64,000 nt of DNA, from assembly GCA_947478395.1 (NCBI GenBank), contig CANJVR010000003.1, positions 224,001 through 288,000 on the forward strand. The letters are read 5' to 3'. The DNA comes from Opitutia bacterium (GTDB lineage Bacteria > Verrucomicrobiota > Verrucomicrobiia > Opitutales > Opitutaceae). Of the stretch, positions 1 to 8,432 are shown piece after piece. The translations under genes were made by a program, and so were the position numbers. Position 1 is the stretch's first letter; each line of letters opens with the position of its first letter. The notes under the pieces are model-generated. The model did not search any database. It worked only from the letters and a program-made list of their open reading frames with translations, and was not told where the DNA came from.

Positions 1-1312
1 GCGGCCCAAACGCAAAGAGCTGGGTCAGGAAGTTTTCATCACAACCTTTCCGCGGAGGATCGATGATCACAACGGTGTCGGCCGGCGTGAACGTCGGATC
101 GAGGCCGGCGAAAATGGTCGCCGCGTCGCCGGCTTGGAAGGTCGCATTCGCGATATGATTCGCCGCGGCATTTTGTCGGGCAAAGACGATGCTGCTCGCG
201 CTGAGCTCGATGCCGACGACGCGCGCGAAGGCCGGCGCGGCGCTCAAAGCGAAAAGTCCACTGCCGCAGTAGGCATCCACCAGAAAGCGCGCGCCCGTCG
301 CCGCTGCTTGGGCGCGAACGTAAGCGGTAAAGGCGGGAAGAATAAACGGGTTGTTCTGAAAAAAATCGCGGGCGAGAAATCGGAGTTTAAGCGGCGGCGG
401 AACTGCCGCGGCGCTGGTGGTGCGGCCTAAGACCGGCGATGATCGGTCGATGGGAGGAAGCGCGATTTCCTCCGTGATGACCGCTTCGTAGTCGGTGGTC
501 ACCTGTCCGCCAGCCTCGCGGAGGAGAAGCGTGGCGCCACGCGCATACTCGCCCTCGGCCGCACGGCGGAACACTTCGGCGCGAACCGAGGACAGACGAT
601 CGTTGATGGCATCGGTCGCGATCGCGCAATGTGGGACATCGATGATATCGAAGCGCGTGCCGGCGCGGAGGAAGCCGATCGGCGGGGGCACCGACGCGAC
701 GCGGTTTTGGTTTTCGAGTTTTGGGTCGGGAGCTGCTGGCTCTCCGAGCTCCGACACCGCCGAATTTTGAACCCTCAAACCTGAACCACTTCCGCCGCGA
801 GGGGCGGCGAAATGAGGCGTGATTTTTGAACGGTACCCATATTCGCGCGGCGAGCCGATCACGGGATTCACCTCGAAAGTAATCCCCGCCATGTGCTGGA
901 GCAGTTCGGCAACCTGGCGGCGTTTCCACGCCAGTTGCTCCGCGTAGGTGAGGTGCTGGTATTGACAGCCCCCGCAACGGCCGAAAAGCGGGCACGGCGC
1001 CGCGATGCGATGGGGCGACGCCGTCAGCACGGCGACCAGATCAGCCTCGGAGTAATTCTTATGATTGCGAAAGACCCGCACGCGCACGCGTTCGCCCGGC
1101 AGCGTGAAAGGCACCATCACGACCCAACCGGCGCCGGCGGACGGCGCAGTTTCGGGCTGCGAGTTCAGCGGTTCGATTTGGCTCGAGCCGGGTTTCGCAG
1201 CGGGCAACGCCACGCGGGCAAGGCCAACCCCGTGGTTGGTGAGCGTCGCGATTTCGAGCTCAAGCTCCGCGTGATAGGAAAAGGGATGATCGTTGAATTT
1301 CTTTTTGCCCAC
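1..1312 (-). CDS. rlmD: 23S rRNA (uracil-C5)-methyltransferase, RlmD/TrmA family; 3' end runs off the left edge
   Basis: Not in the ORF track because its stop is outside the window. Hand translation from GTG 1312 gives MGKKKFNDHPFSYHAELELEIATLTNHGVGLARV, a TRAM-like region, the Fe-S motif CPLFGRCGGCQYQHL, YGYRSKITPHF, FFQNN, LVDAYCGSGLF and IIDPPRKGC. Confidence 0.88.
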   Translation of the reverse strand, partial: MGKKKFNDHPFSYHAELELEIATLTNHGVGLARVALPAAKPGSSQIEPLNSQPETAPSAGAGWVVMVPFTLPGERVRVRVFRNHKNYSEADLVAVLTASPHRIAAPCPLFGRCGGCQYQHLTYAEQLAWKRRQVAELLQHMAGITFEVNPVIGSPREYGYRSKITPHFAAPRGGSGSGLRVQNSAVSELGEPAAPDPKLENQNRVASVPPPIGFLRAGTRFDIIDVPHCAIATDAINDRLSSVRAEVFRRAAEGEYARGATLLLREAGGQVTTDYEAVITEEIALPPIDRSSPVLGRTTSAAAVPPPLKLRFLARDFFQNNPFILPAFTAYVRAQAAATGARFLVDAYCGSGLFALSAAPAFARVVGIELSASSIVFARQNAAANHIANATFQAGDAATIFAGLDPTFTPADTVVIIDPPRKGCDENFLTQLFAFGP

Positions 1313-1400
1313 GGAACCACGGAATACACGGATGCCGGGCAGACCAAGAAAAGGATTTTGTATTTTTTCCAATTCCGTGTGTTCCGTGTGTACCGTGGGC
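1307..1400. repeat. Palindromic element with 9-mer (ACACGGAAT-like) arms; fills the rlmD/trmH divergent gap
   Basis: Left arm gcccacggaaccacggaatacacgga (1307-1332). Right arm (1374-1400) reverse-complements to gcccacggtacacacggaacacacgga. Confidence 0.85.
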
Positions 1401-2204
1401 GCACCGATCGAATCGATTTCCAGTCTTCAAAACCCCCGCATCAAACAGCTGGTAAAGCTGCGTGACCGACGTCCGCGCGACGATGCCGGCGTATTTCTAG
1501 TCGAAGGCTATCGAGAAATCCGGCGGGCGCTCGAAAAGGGCGTGCTACTCCGGGAGATCTATTTTTCTCCGGATTGGTTTCTCGGCGAAAACGAACCAGC
1601 GCTGATCGCCCAAGCCCAGGCGGCCGGCGCTCAGGCGTTCGAGTTGACCAAGGATACCTTTGCCAAGGTGGCCTATCGCGAACGCCCGGACGGCTTGCTC
1701 GCCGTGGCCCCGCAGTGGAAGCGCACCTTGGCCGAGTTAAAACTCCCGCCCGCGCCGTTTCTACTCGTGGTCGAGGCGATCGAGAAACCGGGCAATCTCG
1801 GAACCATCCTGCGCAGTGCGGATGCGGCGGGCTGCGACGCCGTGATCGTCTGCGATCCGGTGACGGATATTTTCAATCCGAACGTCGTGCGCGCCTCGAC
1901 GGGGGTGTTGTTTTCCGTCCCGCTAGTGGTCGAGGAAAGCACCCGCGTGCAAGCGTGGCTGCGCGACCAAGGCGTGCGTACGGTGGCGACGACGCCGGCG
2001 GCGGAAAAAATTTATTCGGACATCGATCTGCGCGGTCCGCTCGCCGTCGTAATGGGCAGCGAGCAATACGGGCTCAGCGAATTCTGGCTGAAGCACGCGG
2101 ACACGCCGGTGCGCATTCCGATGATGGGACAGGCGGACTCTTTGAACGTGGCGATGGCCACGATCATTACCCTGTTCGAAGCGGTCCGGCAGCGGGGAAA
2201 ATAA
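1395..2204 (+). CDS. TrmH/SpoU-family RNA 2'-O-methyltransferase
   Basis: Motifs ISSLQNPRIK, EKPGNLGTILRSADAAG, GSEQYG and IPMMGQADSLNVA. Start placed at GTG 1395. Confidence 0.92.
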   Translation: MGAPIESISSLQNPRIKQLVKLRDRRPRDDAGVFLVEGYREIRRALEKGVLLREIYFSPDWFLGENEPALIAQAQAAGAQAFELTKDTFAKVAYRERPDGLLAVAPQWKRTLAELKLPPAPFLLVVEAIEKPGNLGTILRSADAAGCDAVIVCDPVTDIFNPNVVRASTGVLFSVPLVVEESTRVQAWLRDQGVRTVATTPAAEKIYSDIDLRGPLAVVMGSEQYGLSEFWLKHADTPVRIPMMGQADSLNVAMATIITLFEAVRQRGK

Positions 2205-2255
2205 CCCACGCGGTCCTTGGACCTCCTAGCCCCGCCGCAACTGCCGCGCGGTCCT

Positions 2256-2364
2256 GGCCACAAAAAACACCAAGGTTTTCATGGCTGCCACGAAGTCCGG
2301 CGGGCACCGATCAACGCGATCGAGCCGTCGTTGAAGTTGGAGACCCCTCGGGGGTTTTGTGGCC
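2256..2364. repeat. Decayed inverted-repeat element between the convergent trmH and oleD
   Basis: ggccacaaaaaacaccaagg (2256-2275) and cctcgggggttttgtggcc (2346-2364) share a perfect 10-bp terminal inverted repeat. Confidence 0.55.
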
Positions 2365-2408
2365 TCCCGCTATTCCCGTTTCCGAGGTGAGTAATCTAGA
2401 TTTTCGGG

Positions 2409-3452
2409 TTAGCGGGTCCCACCCTTTAGCGACGCGATAAGTTCAGCGGTGCCGGCCGCCATGCTGACACGCGGCACGTAACCGAGATCGCGCCGAGCCG
2501 CCGTGAGATCGAACCAGTGGTCGGTCGCGAGCTCCTTGGCCACAAAGCGGGTCATCGGCGGCTCGCCCCGCAGCGGCAGAACCTTCCACGCCGCTTCGCC
2601 CAGCGCACCGAGGACCGAAGCCGCGCGCAGGGAAATATTTTTGACGACGGGCGGTTCGCCGAGCCCGCGCAACAGCTCGTTAATCCAGTCCCACAACACA
2701 ACCGGCTCGCCATTCGTGATGAAGTACGCGCGACCGGCGGCCGATTTTGTCGCGCCGTCGCCCGAGGGAATGTCACCTATTAAGTGACATGTGGAGAGAG
2801 CGCGCTCGGCGAGGAGGTGGGCGTCGACCGCATTTTCGATGTGCACCAGATCTACCCGATTTCGGCCGGTGCCTACGATCCGCAAACTTCCGGCGCGGGC
2901 GCGCGCGAGGAGCCGCGGCACGAGATGCGGGTCGCCCACGCCCCAGATGAGATGCGGGCGCAGGGCCACCGTAAGAAATAAGCGGGTGTTGGCCGCCAGC
3001 ACCGCGCGTTCAGCGAGGGCTTTGGTTAGCGGATAGGGACTAGGACAGGAAGTCGTCAACGGCAGCGATTCATCGACCCCGGCAAGGGAGTGGCCGTTGT
3101 ACACGACGCTGGGCGTGCTGGTATAAACGAAACGCTCCACACCTGCAGCCCGCGCGGCGGCGAGCAACGTCGTGGTCGCCGCGGTATTGTCGCGATAATA
3201 ATCGGCGTAGCGGCCCCACACGCCGACGCGCGCGGCTACGTGGAAAACCGTGCCGACACCTTCGCAGGCTGCGGCGCACGTCACCGGCTCGTGGAGTGCG
3301 CCCACGACCACGCGAATGCCGCGGGCACTAAGTTCGGGTCGGGCTAAACGTGAGACCACGGCAATCTCGCGTCCTGCGGCGAGGAGCCGATTGACGAGAT
3401 GCGAACCAAGAAAGCCGGTGCCACCGGTGATCAGAACGGGGGTGTTGCCCAC
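2409..3452 (-). CDS. oleD: NAD(P)-dependent 2-alkyl-3-oxoalkanoate reductase (3-beta-HSD/epimerase family), OleD-like
   Basis: Motifs VLITGGTGFLG, YTSTPSVV, YPLTKALAE and LRPHLIWGVGDPHL; lies directly downstream of oleC. Start placed at GTG 3452. Confidence 0.8.
   Translation of the reverse strand: MGNTPVLITGGTGFLGSHLVNRLLAAGREIAVVSRLARPELSARGIRVVVGALHEPVTCAAACEGVGTVFHVAARVGVWGRYADYYRDNTAATTTLLAAARAAGVERFVYTSTPSVVYNGHSLAGVDESLPLTTSCPSPYPLTKALAERAVLAANTRLFLTVALRPHLIWGVGDPHLVPRLLARARAGSLRIVGTGRNRVDLVHIENAVDAHLLAERALSTCHLIGDIPSGDGATKSAAGRAYFITNGEPVVLWDWINELLRGLGEPPVVKNISLRAASVLGALGEAAWKVLPLRGEPPMTRFVAKELATDHWFDLTAARRDLGYVPRVSMAAGTAELIASLKGGTR
2770..2790. repeat. 21-bp palindrome atgtcacctattaagtgacat, copy 1 (inside oleD)
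   Basis: Exact copy at 7572-7592; 7-bp arms atgtcac/gtgacat. Confidence 0.85.
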
Positions 3453-3473
3453 GGCGCACACGGAATACACGAA
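3447..3473. repeat. Single arm of the 9-mer palindromic element, overlapping the oleD start
   Basis: gcccacggcgcacacggaatacacgaa matches the arms at 1307-1400. Confidence 0.8.
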
Positions 3474-3526
3474 AGAATTCCAGCTAAAGTTATTTCGACG
3501 CGTCTCGGCGGCGGCCGTCGAACGGG

Positions 3527-5257
3527 TCACCAACTCCGCGCAGAGGTGGCCCACTTCGCCAGAGTGAGGCGATGAATCTTGGCGTTGTGACGGACGTCGA
3601 CGGGAAAGCCGGGGTGGAAAAAGATTTTTTCGATGCGAGCCGTAGCAGCATTCCGCGCGGCGATTTCCCGTAATTCCCGGGCCAGACCCGCCCGGTCGCT
3701 CACGGGCGTGCTGGCGGTGAGTTCGATGGCCAGCGCGGGTTCCTGCAAGCCACGCGGGCCAAGGCCCACGAGGGCGCAACGCGCAACTGCGGGATGCCCG
3801 CGAAAAATCTGCTCGCACGGCTCGGTGTAAAGCACGCCGTACACGGTTTCGATTCGTTCGGCTTTTCGACCGCAAAACCAGAGGCGCCCGTCCAAATCCA
3901 GATAACCGCAGTCGCCCATCCGATGCCAGATGCCGGCGGTGCCGGCAGCGGTTTTGGAGTTTGGATTTTGGCTTGGGTTTGAGTTGGGCGTTTCGAATTG
4001 GCCCGCGGCTGCTTTTACCGCGGGGGCGTCGCCGCCGGTCGTTTTAATCTTGGCGAGAGCCGTGGCTGCTGGGAGCGCGTCGTAGGAATTCGTCACGACG
4101 GGACCCCGGACTACAATCTCGCCGATCTCACCGCGGGGAAGTTCGCGCATATCGGCCATGGATTCGATAGCGCCTTCAACCGGGACGATGATTTTGATTT
4201 CGATTTCGGAAACGGGACGACCGACACACGCGCCGGGGCCGCGGACCATTTTGATTTCATCCGCAGAAATGCTCGTCACGGGCAGCGCCTCCGTGGCGCC
4301 GTAGGGGCTGTGAAGCTGCCCGCGCGGCAGAATCTCGGGCGAAATTTCCCACAACCGCGCGGGCACGGGCGCGCCGGCACAGAGCACGCGGCGTAGCGTG
4401 GGCAGCGTAATGCCACGCGCGAGACAGTGGTCGCCGATCTTTCGCCAGAGCGTGGGCGAGCCGAATGAGTTCGTGACGTTCTCCTGGCGGATGGCCTGAA
4501 CTATTTTTGCCGCATTCAGCGTGGCCGGGCGGCGCGGATCAAGTTCGGGAATAATCGTCGTCATCCCGAGCGCAGGATTGAACAACGCAAAGATGGGCAG
4601 GAGCGGCAGGTCGATTTCCCCCGGCCGAATATCGTAGGTCTCGCGAATGAGGCGGACTTGGGCGTCGAAGTGACCGTGCTCGTAGCACACGCCTTTCGGC
4701 GCGCCCGTGGATCCGCTCGTGAACAGTATGGCCGCGAGCTCCGTGGCCGAACAGGGGGCGATCGCTTCGAGTTTCAGTTTTTGAGCCTGCCGCGAAGCGA
4801 GCCGGGCCGTGAGCGAATTGGCCGCGGCGACGCGGATCTTAACGGAGGAGAAAGTGCGACGGAAAAGTCGGTTGAGTAGTCGGGCGAAAGGAATGCCAAC
4901 GAGGACGCGGGGGCGCGCATGGACGACACAGCCGAGGAAGTGTTTTAGGCCCATGCCCGGGTCGATCACCACGGGCACGGCGCCGAGGGTGAAAAGGGCG
5001 AAGACTGCGGCGATGAGCGGCAGGCCCGGACGAACCATTACTAACGTGCGATCACCCGGGCGCACGCCAGCGACGGTCAGGCGGGATTGCCACGCTGCGA
5101 CCTCGGATGCGAGTTCGGCAAATGTGAGGGTTAAATAGTCGATTTCGCCCGCCGCGGTGCGGCCCCGTGGAATTTTAAGCGCGGCGGTATCGGGCTGCGC
5201 GGCGGCCATCGCGAGCAGATGTCGGGCGATGTTGAGATTGGCGGCGGACGGAGACAC
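3527..5257 (-). CDS. oleC: AMP-dependent ligase, olefin beta-lactone synthetase OleC-like
   Basis: Motifs FTSGSTGAPKG, PYGATE and WHRMGD, plus the OleC-type C-terminus FPVDVRHNAKI. Confidence 0.85.
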   Translation of the reverse strand: MSPSAANLNIARHLLAMAAAQPDTAALKIPRGRTAAGEIDYLTLTFAELASEVAAWQSRLTVAGVRPGDRTLVMVRPGLPLIAAVFALFTLGAVPVVIDPGMGLKHFLGCVVHARPRVLVGIPFARLLNRLFRRTFSSVKIRVAAANSLTARLASRQAQKLKLEAIAPCSATELAAILFTSGSTGAPKGVCYEHGHFDAQVRLIRETYDIRPGEIDLPLLPIFALFNPALGMTTIIPELDPRRPATLNAAKIVQAIRQENVTNSFGSPTLWRKIGDHCLARGITLPTLRRVLCAGAPVPARLWEISPEILPRGQLHSPYGATEALPVTSISADEIKMVRGPGACVGRPVSEIEIKIIVPVEGAIESMADMRELPRGEIGEIVVRGPVVTNSYDALPAATALAKIKTTGGDAPAVKAAAGQFETPNSNPSQNPNSKTAAGTAGIWHRMGDCGYLDLDGRLWFCGRKAERIETVYGVLYTEPCEQIFRGHPAVARCALVGLGPRGLQEPALAIELTASTPVSDRAGLARELREIAARNAATARIEKIFFHPGFPVDVRHNAKIHRLTLAKWATSARSW

Positions 5258-5307
5258 GAGCGGGCTTTTTAGCTTGGAAGGTAAAATATTCGATCAAATC
5301 GCCTAAG

Positions 5308-5333
5308 AAAAAACCCCGCGACATGGCGGGGTT
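5308..5333 (-). terminator. Intrinsic terminator after the lipoprotein gene
   Basis: Stem aaccccgc/gcggggtt followed by a T-run on the minus strand. Confidence 0.7.
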
Positions 5334-5361
5334 CTGGTGCAGGAGAGCGAGCGCTGCGGGC

Positions 5362-5622
5362 TCAGTAGTCGCGCAGCGTAATCAGTCCCCACAGCAAAGT
5401 GGTCTTGGCGCCGGAGGGATTGCCGCGGCCGATGAGCTTCGTTGTGTCGACGTCAGCCGTGGCGGGCGTGGTGGGTTGAAAAGAGTTTGTGGCGACGGTG
5501 AGGGCGCCGCCTAGCACGGTCGTTTCCTTGCCGCCGCTGGCGGTGGTGCGCGTTGCGCAGCCGGAAAACATTAACGCGATGCCACAAGCGACGAGGAATA
5601 GTGGACGGACCTTTTTTTTCAT
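5362..5622 (-). CDS. Small putative lipoprotein
   Basis: Basic N-terminus, hydrophobic stretch and lipobox FSGC. Confidence 0.75.
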   Translation of the reverse strand: MKKKVRPLFLVACGIALMFSGCATRTTASGGKETTVLGGALTVATNSFQPTTPATADVDTTKLIGRGNPSGAKTTLLWGLITLRDY

Positions 5623-5637
5623 GGGGTAAATGGCGGA

Positions 5638-6825
5638 TCAGGCGGCGGGGCTAAGCGAGGGAGCGGCGCGAAGAAGATCGGCCTGCCAGGGCAATAGCAA
5701 CTCGTCGAGGGCCCGCGGGGAACGCGCGAGCTGAGCGAGTTGGGCGCGATTAGCGATGAGCGTGGGCTCGATCTCAAGTTTCACGGCAATCTGGTCGCGC
5801 TCTTCCTTGATCTTATCGAGCAGCGCAACTTCGGACTGCGTGAGCGAGGGGCGGCTCGGATCGCGACCAGGCCGACGGGGCAGCGTAAGTGGATCACGCG
5901 CGAGACCGGCGCGCAAAGCCGCGGCCAGTGAACCGATAAGCCGGTCATGACGCTTACCGAGATGAACCCGCTCGAGAATCGAAGCTTCGGAATCTCCGAC
6001 CTCGGCGGCTTCCGAAATCTGCAGAAGAAGGGAATTGCCGCAGACTTTGAACGGCGGCGTGTCGATACGCTCCGCGTGTAATTCGCGCCAGTGCCAGATC
6101 GCGTGGAGCACGGTGAGTCCAAGCCCGCGCAAACGTTCCGATTTGCCGATGCGCCAATCGTGTTCCGTCGCCGGAGCGAAACCTTCGGTGCCAGCCTCGA
6201 TTTGCGCCCGGCATTGTTGATCAAGCCATTCGATCCGATCGAGCCGCACAAGTTCGCGCATGAGCAAATCGCGGAGCGAGGGAAGGTGCCAGACATCCAG
6301 CGCCGCGTAATCGAGCAACTTCGGTGTCAGCGGCCGACGCGACCAGTTTGCCTTCTGGCCATCCTTGTCGAGCTCCACGCCGAAATGTTCTTCGAGTAAC
6401 GCCGCGAGGCCGATGCGCTGGCGGCCGAGCAATTGAGCGGCGAGCATCGTGTCAAAAAGACTGTGCGGCCGAAAACCACAGAGATCATGAAGCAGGCGCA
6501 CATCGAAATCGCTGCCGTGCATCACGAGATGTTTCTTCGCGAGAATGCGCCAGAGATCATCGAGCCGGAGTCCGGGCGCGAGGACATCGACGAGAAAAAC
6601 TTCTCCGTCGACCAAGAATTGGAGCAGGCAAACGCGTACCTTGTAATGGTACATGTTGTCGGCTTCGGTATCGAGGGAGACCTCATCCACCTGTTCCAAC
6701 GCCTTGAGCAAGGGCGCGAGCAATTCCTGCTGATCGATCAGCAGGAATCCGGGCGGCCGAAGGGCGACATTTACACCGAGCAATCGGCGGACGGGATGCG
6801 GCAGAAAACGTGAAATCATTAGCAT
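5638..6825 (-). CDS. rnd: Ribonuclease D (DEDDy exonuclease plus HRDC)
   Basis: Motifs SLDTEAD, CLLQF, HGSDFD, LFDTMLAAQLLG and NWSRRPLTPKLLDYAALDV. Start uncertain (6819 or 6825). Confidence 0.88.
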   Translation of the reverse strand: MLMISRFLPHPVRRLLGVNVALRPPGFLLIDQQELLAPLLKALEQVDEVSLDTEADNMYHYKVRVCLLQFLVDGEVFLVDVLAPGLRLDDLWRILAKKHLVMHGSDFDVRLLHDLCGFRPHSLFDTMLAAQLLGRQRIGLAALLEEHFGVELDKDGQKANWSRRPLTPKLLDYAALDVWHLPSLRDLLMRELVRLDRIEWLDQQCRAQIEAGTEGFAPATEHDWRIGKSERLRGLGLTVLHAIWHWRELHAERIDTPPFKVCGNSLLLQISEAAEVGDSEASILERVHLGKRHDRLIGSLAAALRAGLARDPLTLPRRPGRDPSRPSLTQSEVALLDKIKEERDQIAVKLEIEPTLIANRAQLAQLARSPRALDELLLPWQADLLRAAPSLSPAA

Positions 6826-6848
6826 GGCGCAACAGCTGCGCCGGACAA

Positions 6849-6896
6849 AACGTTCAACCGGCGCCAACGAACGTTCAACGCCGAAGTTCGAAATGG
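6849..6896. repeat. Degenerate AACGTTC heptamer repeat
   Basis: aacgttc ... aacgttc aacgccg aagttcg upstream of rnd. Confidence 0.5.
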
Positions 6897-7010
6897 CGCG
6901 AAATCTCCACGGTCCGATTGCAATTAAGCACCGACGAAGAGGTGCGCAGGAAAGACACTAAAGGCAGATCTACCCGTGCGTTGGGCTGGTTTCGTGGGAC
7001 CATGCCACGG

Positions 7011-7469
7011 TTAGATTCGATTTTCGGATTCTGCCCACACGGCGGGTAAAGCGTCGATGAGCCGCGGAAGATCGGGGCTCTACCCGCCCTTCAGCATACT
7101 GGGCGTCGAAATTCCAAACGGCGATGCGACCCACCCCGGGGTATTGGCGGGCGCAAAGAGCGACGGCCGCGATGGAGTTGAGATAACAGAAACTTACGGC
7201 GGCACTCGAGACGCGGTGGGCGTCTCCGGCAATCTCTGGAAATCATAGCGCGTGCTCGTCGAAATCGCGCGGATCGTTCAGACGGCGGAGATCGAGCGAG
7301 GCGCGCGCAAAAAGAGTGTTTCGTCAGCGGCCGTACCAGGCGGTGTGCCGCACCCCCATTGGGGATGATTGGCGTGAAGATGTCCCGCCGAGTTCAGCAT
7401 GCGCGCCGGTTCCTGGTGACGGATGGATGAACCGGGGTCGACGCCGTGCAGCTTGTGCAGAATGAGCAT
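7011..7469 (-). pseudogene. Degraded histone-deacetylase (HDAC/AcuC/APAH) family gene
   Basis: Minus-strand fragments in changing frames: MLILH..HQEPAR, FCYLNSIAAVAL..GVGRIAVWNFDAQ, and MLKGG*SPDLPRLIDA (LEGGY with TAC>TAG). Contains frameshifts and large deletions. Confidence 0.75.
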
Positions 7470-7571
7470 GAGTTATCGCGGTCCAGTCTGAGATCAACCG
7501 AACGAAGGTAAACGCCGCCGGGAAAAATAAGACCGTAGACCGGTCCGCCGGAAGAAAATCACCGCGACCAC

Positions 7572-7592
7572 ATGTCACCTATTAAGTGACAT
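7572..7592. repeat. 21-bp palindrome atgtcacctattaagtgacat, copy 2 (upstream of queC)
   Basis: Exact match to 2770-2790. Confidence 0.85.
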
Positions 7593-7669
7593 TTCCTCTG
7601 AGAGCGGGTGCTGAAGTCTCGCCTGAGAACGATTTTGCATCGCGCAGGACGGGCGCTCAAGGTGCCACG

Positions 7670-8371
7670 ATGAAGGTCGTCGTACTGTGTTCGGGTGGCA
7701 TGGATTCCGTGGTCGCGCTGCATTGGGCGCGAGGCGAGCACGCCGTAAGCGCCGTGGTGAGCTTCGACTATGGCGCGAAGCACAATCACCGCGAAATCCC
7801 GTTCGCCGCCGAGCACGCGCACGCACTCGGAGCGCGACATGAGATCGTGAAACTGGAATTCGTTAACCGGCTCTTCGCTTCGGCCCTGCTCCAGAGCGGC
7901 GGAGAAATTCCAGAGGGCCACTACGAGGCGGAAAACATGAAGCAGACCGTCGTGCCGTTTCGCAACGCGATCATGTTGAGCGTGGCTTGCGGATTTGCGG
8001 AAAGCATCGGCGCGGAAGGGCTCGTGATCGCCGCTCACGGCGGGGATCACGCGATTTATCCGGACTGCCGCGAGGAATTCATGCAAGCCATGGGCGATGC
8101 GATGCGGCTGGGAACCTATGCGGGCGTGCAACTGCTGCGACCGTTCATCGCGCTGAAGAAAGACGGCATTGCCGCCGAAGGTGCGCGCCTCGGCGTGGAT
8201 TTTTCCCGGACCTGGTCGTGCTACAAGGGCGGCCCGATGCACTGCGGCAAATGCGGTACGTGCGTCGAGCGACGCGAAGCATTCGCGCTCGCGAGACTGC
8301 AAGATCCAACGGTGTATGCGGCGACCGAGTCGTTGCCCGAAAAACCAATCGAGAACGCGAAGCCCCGCTAA
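7670..8371 (+). CDS. queC: 7-cyano-7-deazaguanine synthase
   Basis: Motifs SGGMDS, VPFRNAIML, YPDCREEF, TWSCY and HCGKCGTCVER. Confidence 0.95.
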   Translation: MKVVVLCSGGMDSVVALHWARGEHAVSAVVSFDYGAKHNHREIPFAAEHAHALGARHEIVKLEFVNRLFASALLQSGGEIPEGHYEAENMKQTVVPFRNAIMLSVACGFAESIGAEGLVIAAHGGDHAIYPDCREEFMQAMGDAMRLGTYAGVQLLRPFIALKKDGIAAEGARLGVDFSRTWSCYKGGPMHCGKCGTCVERREAFALARLQDPTVYAATESLPEKPIENAKPR

Positions 8372-8432
8372 TCTTCGCTATTTTTTCAGCATCAGCAGTT
8401 ATTCGTACCGATCAGCGTTCCGATTTTTTCCG

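Noticed and set aside
387..1465. Track ORFs 387..995 (-) and 893..1465 (+)
   Set aside because: Alternative frames over the real rlmD-like gene, which the track missed because it runs off the edge.
7593..7669. preQ1 riboswitch upstream of queC
   Set aside because: No preQ1 stem with an A-rich tail is recognisable.
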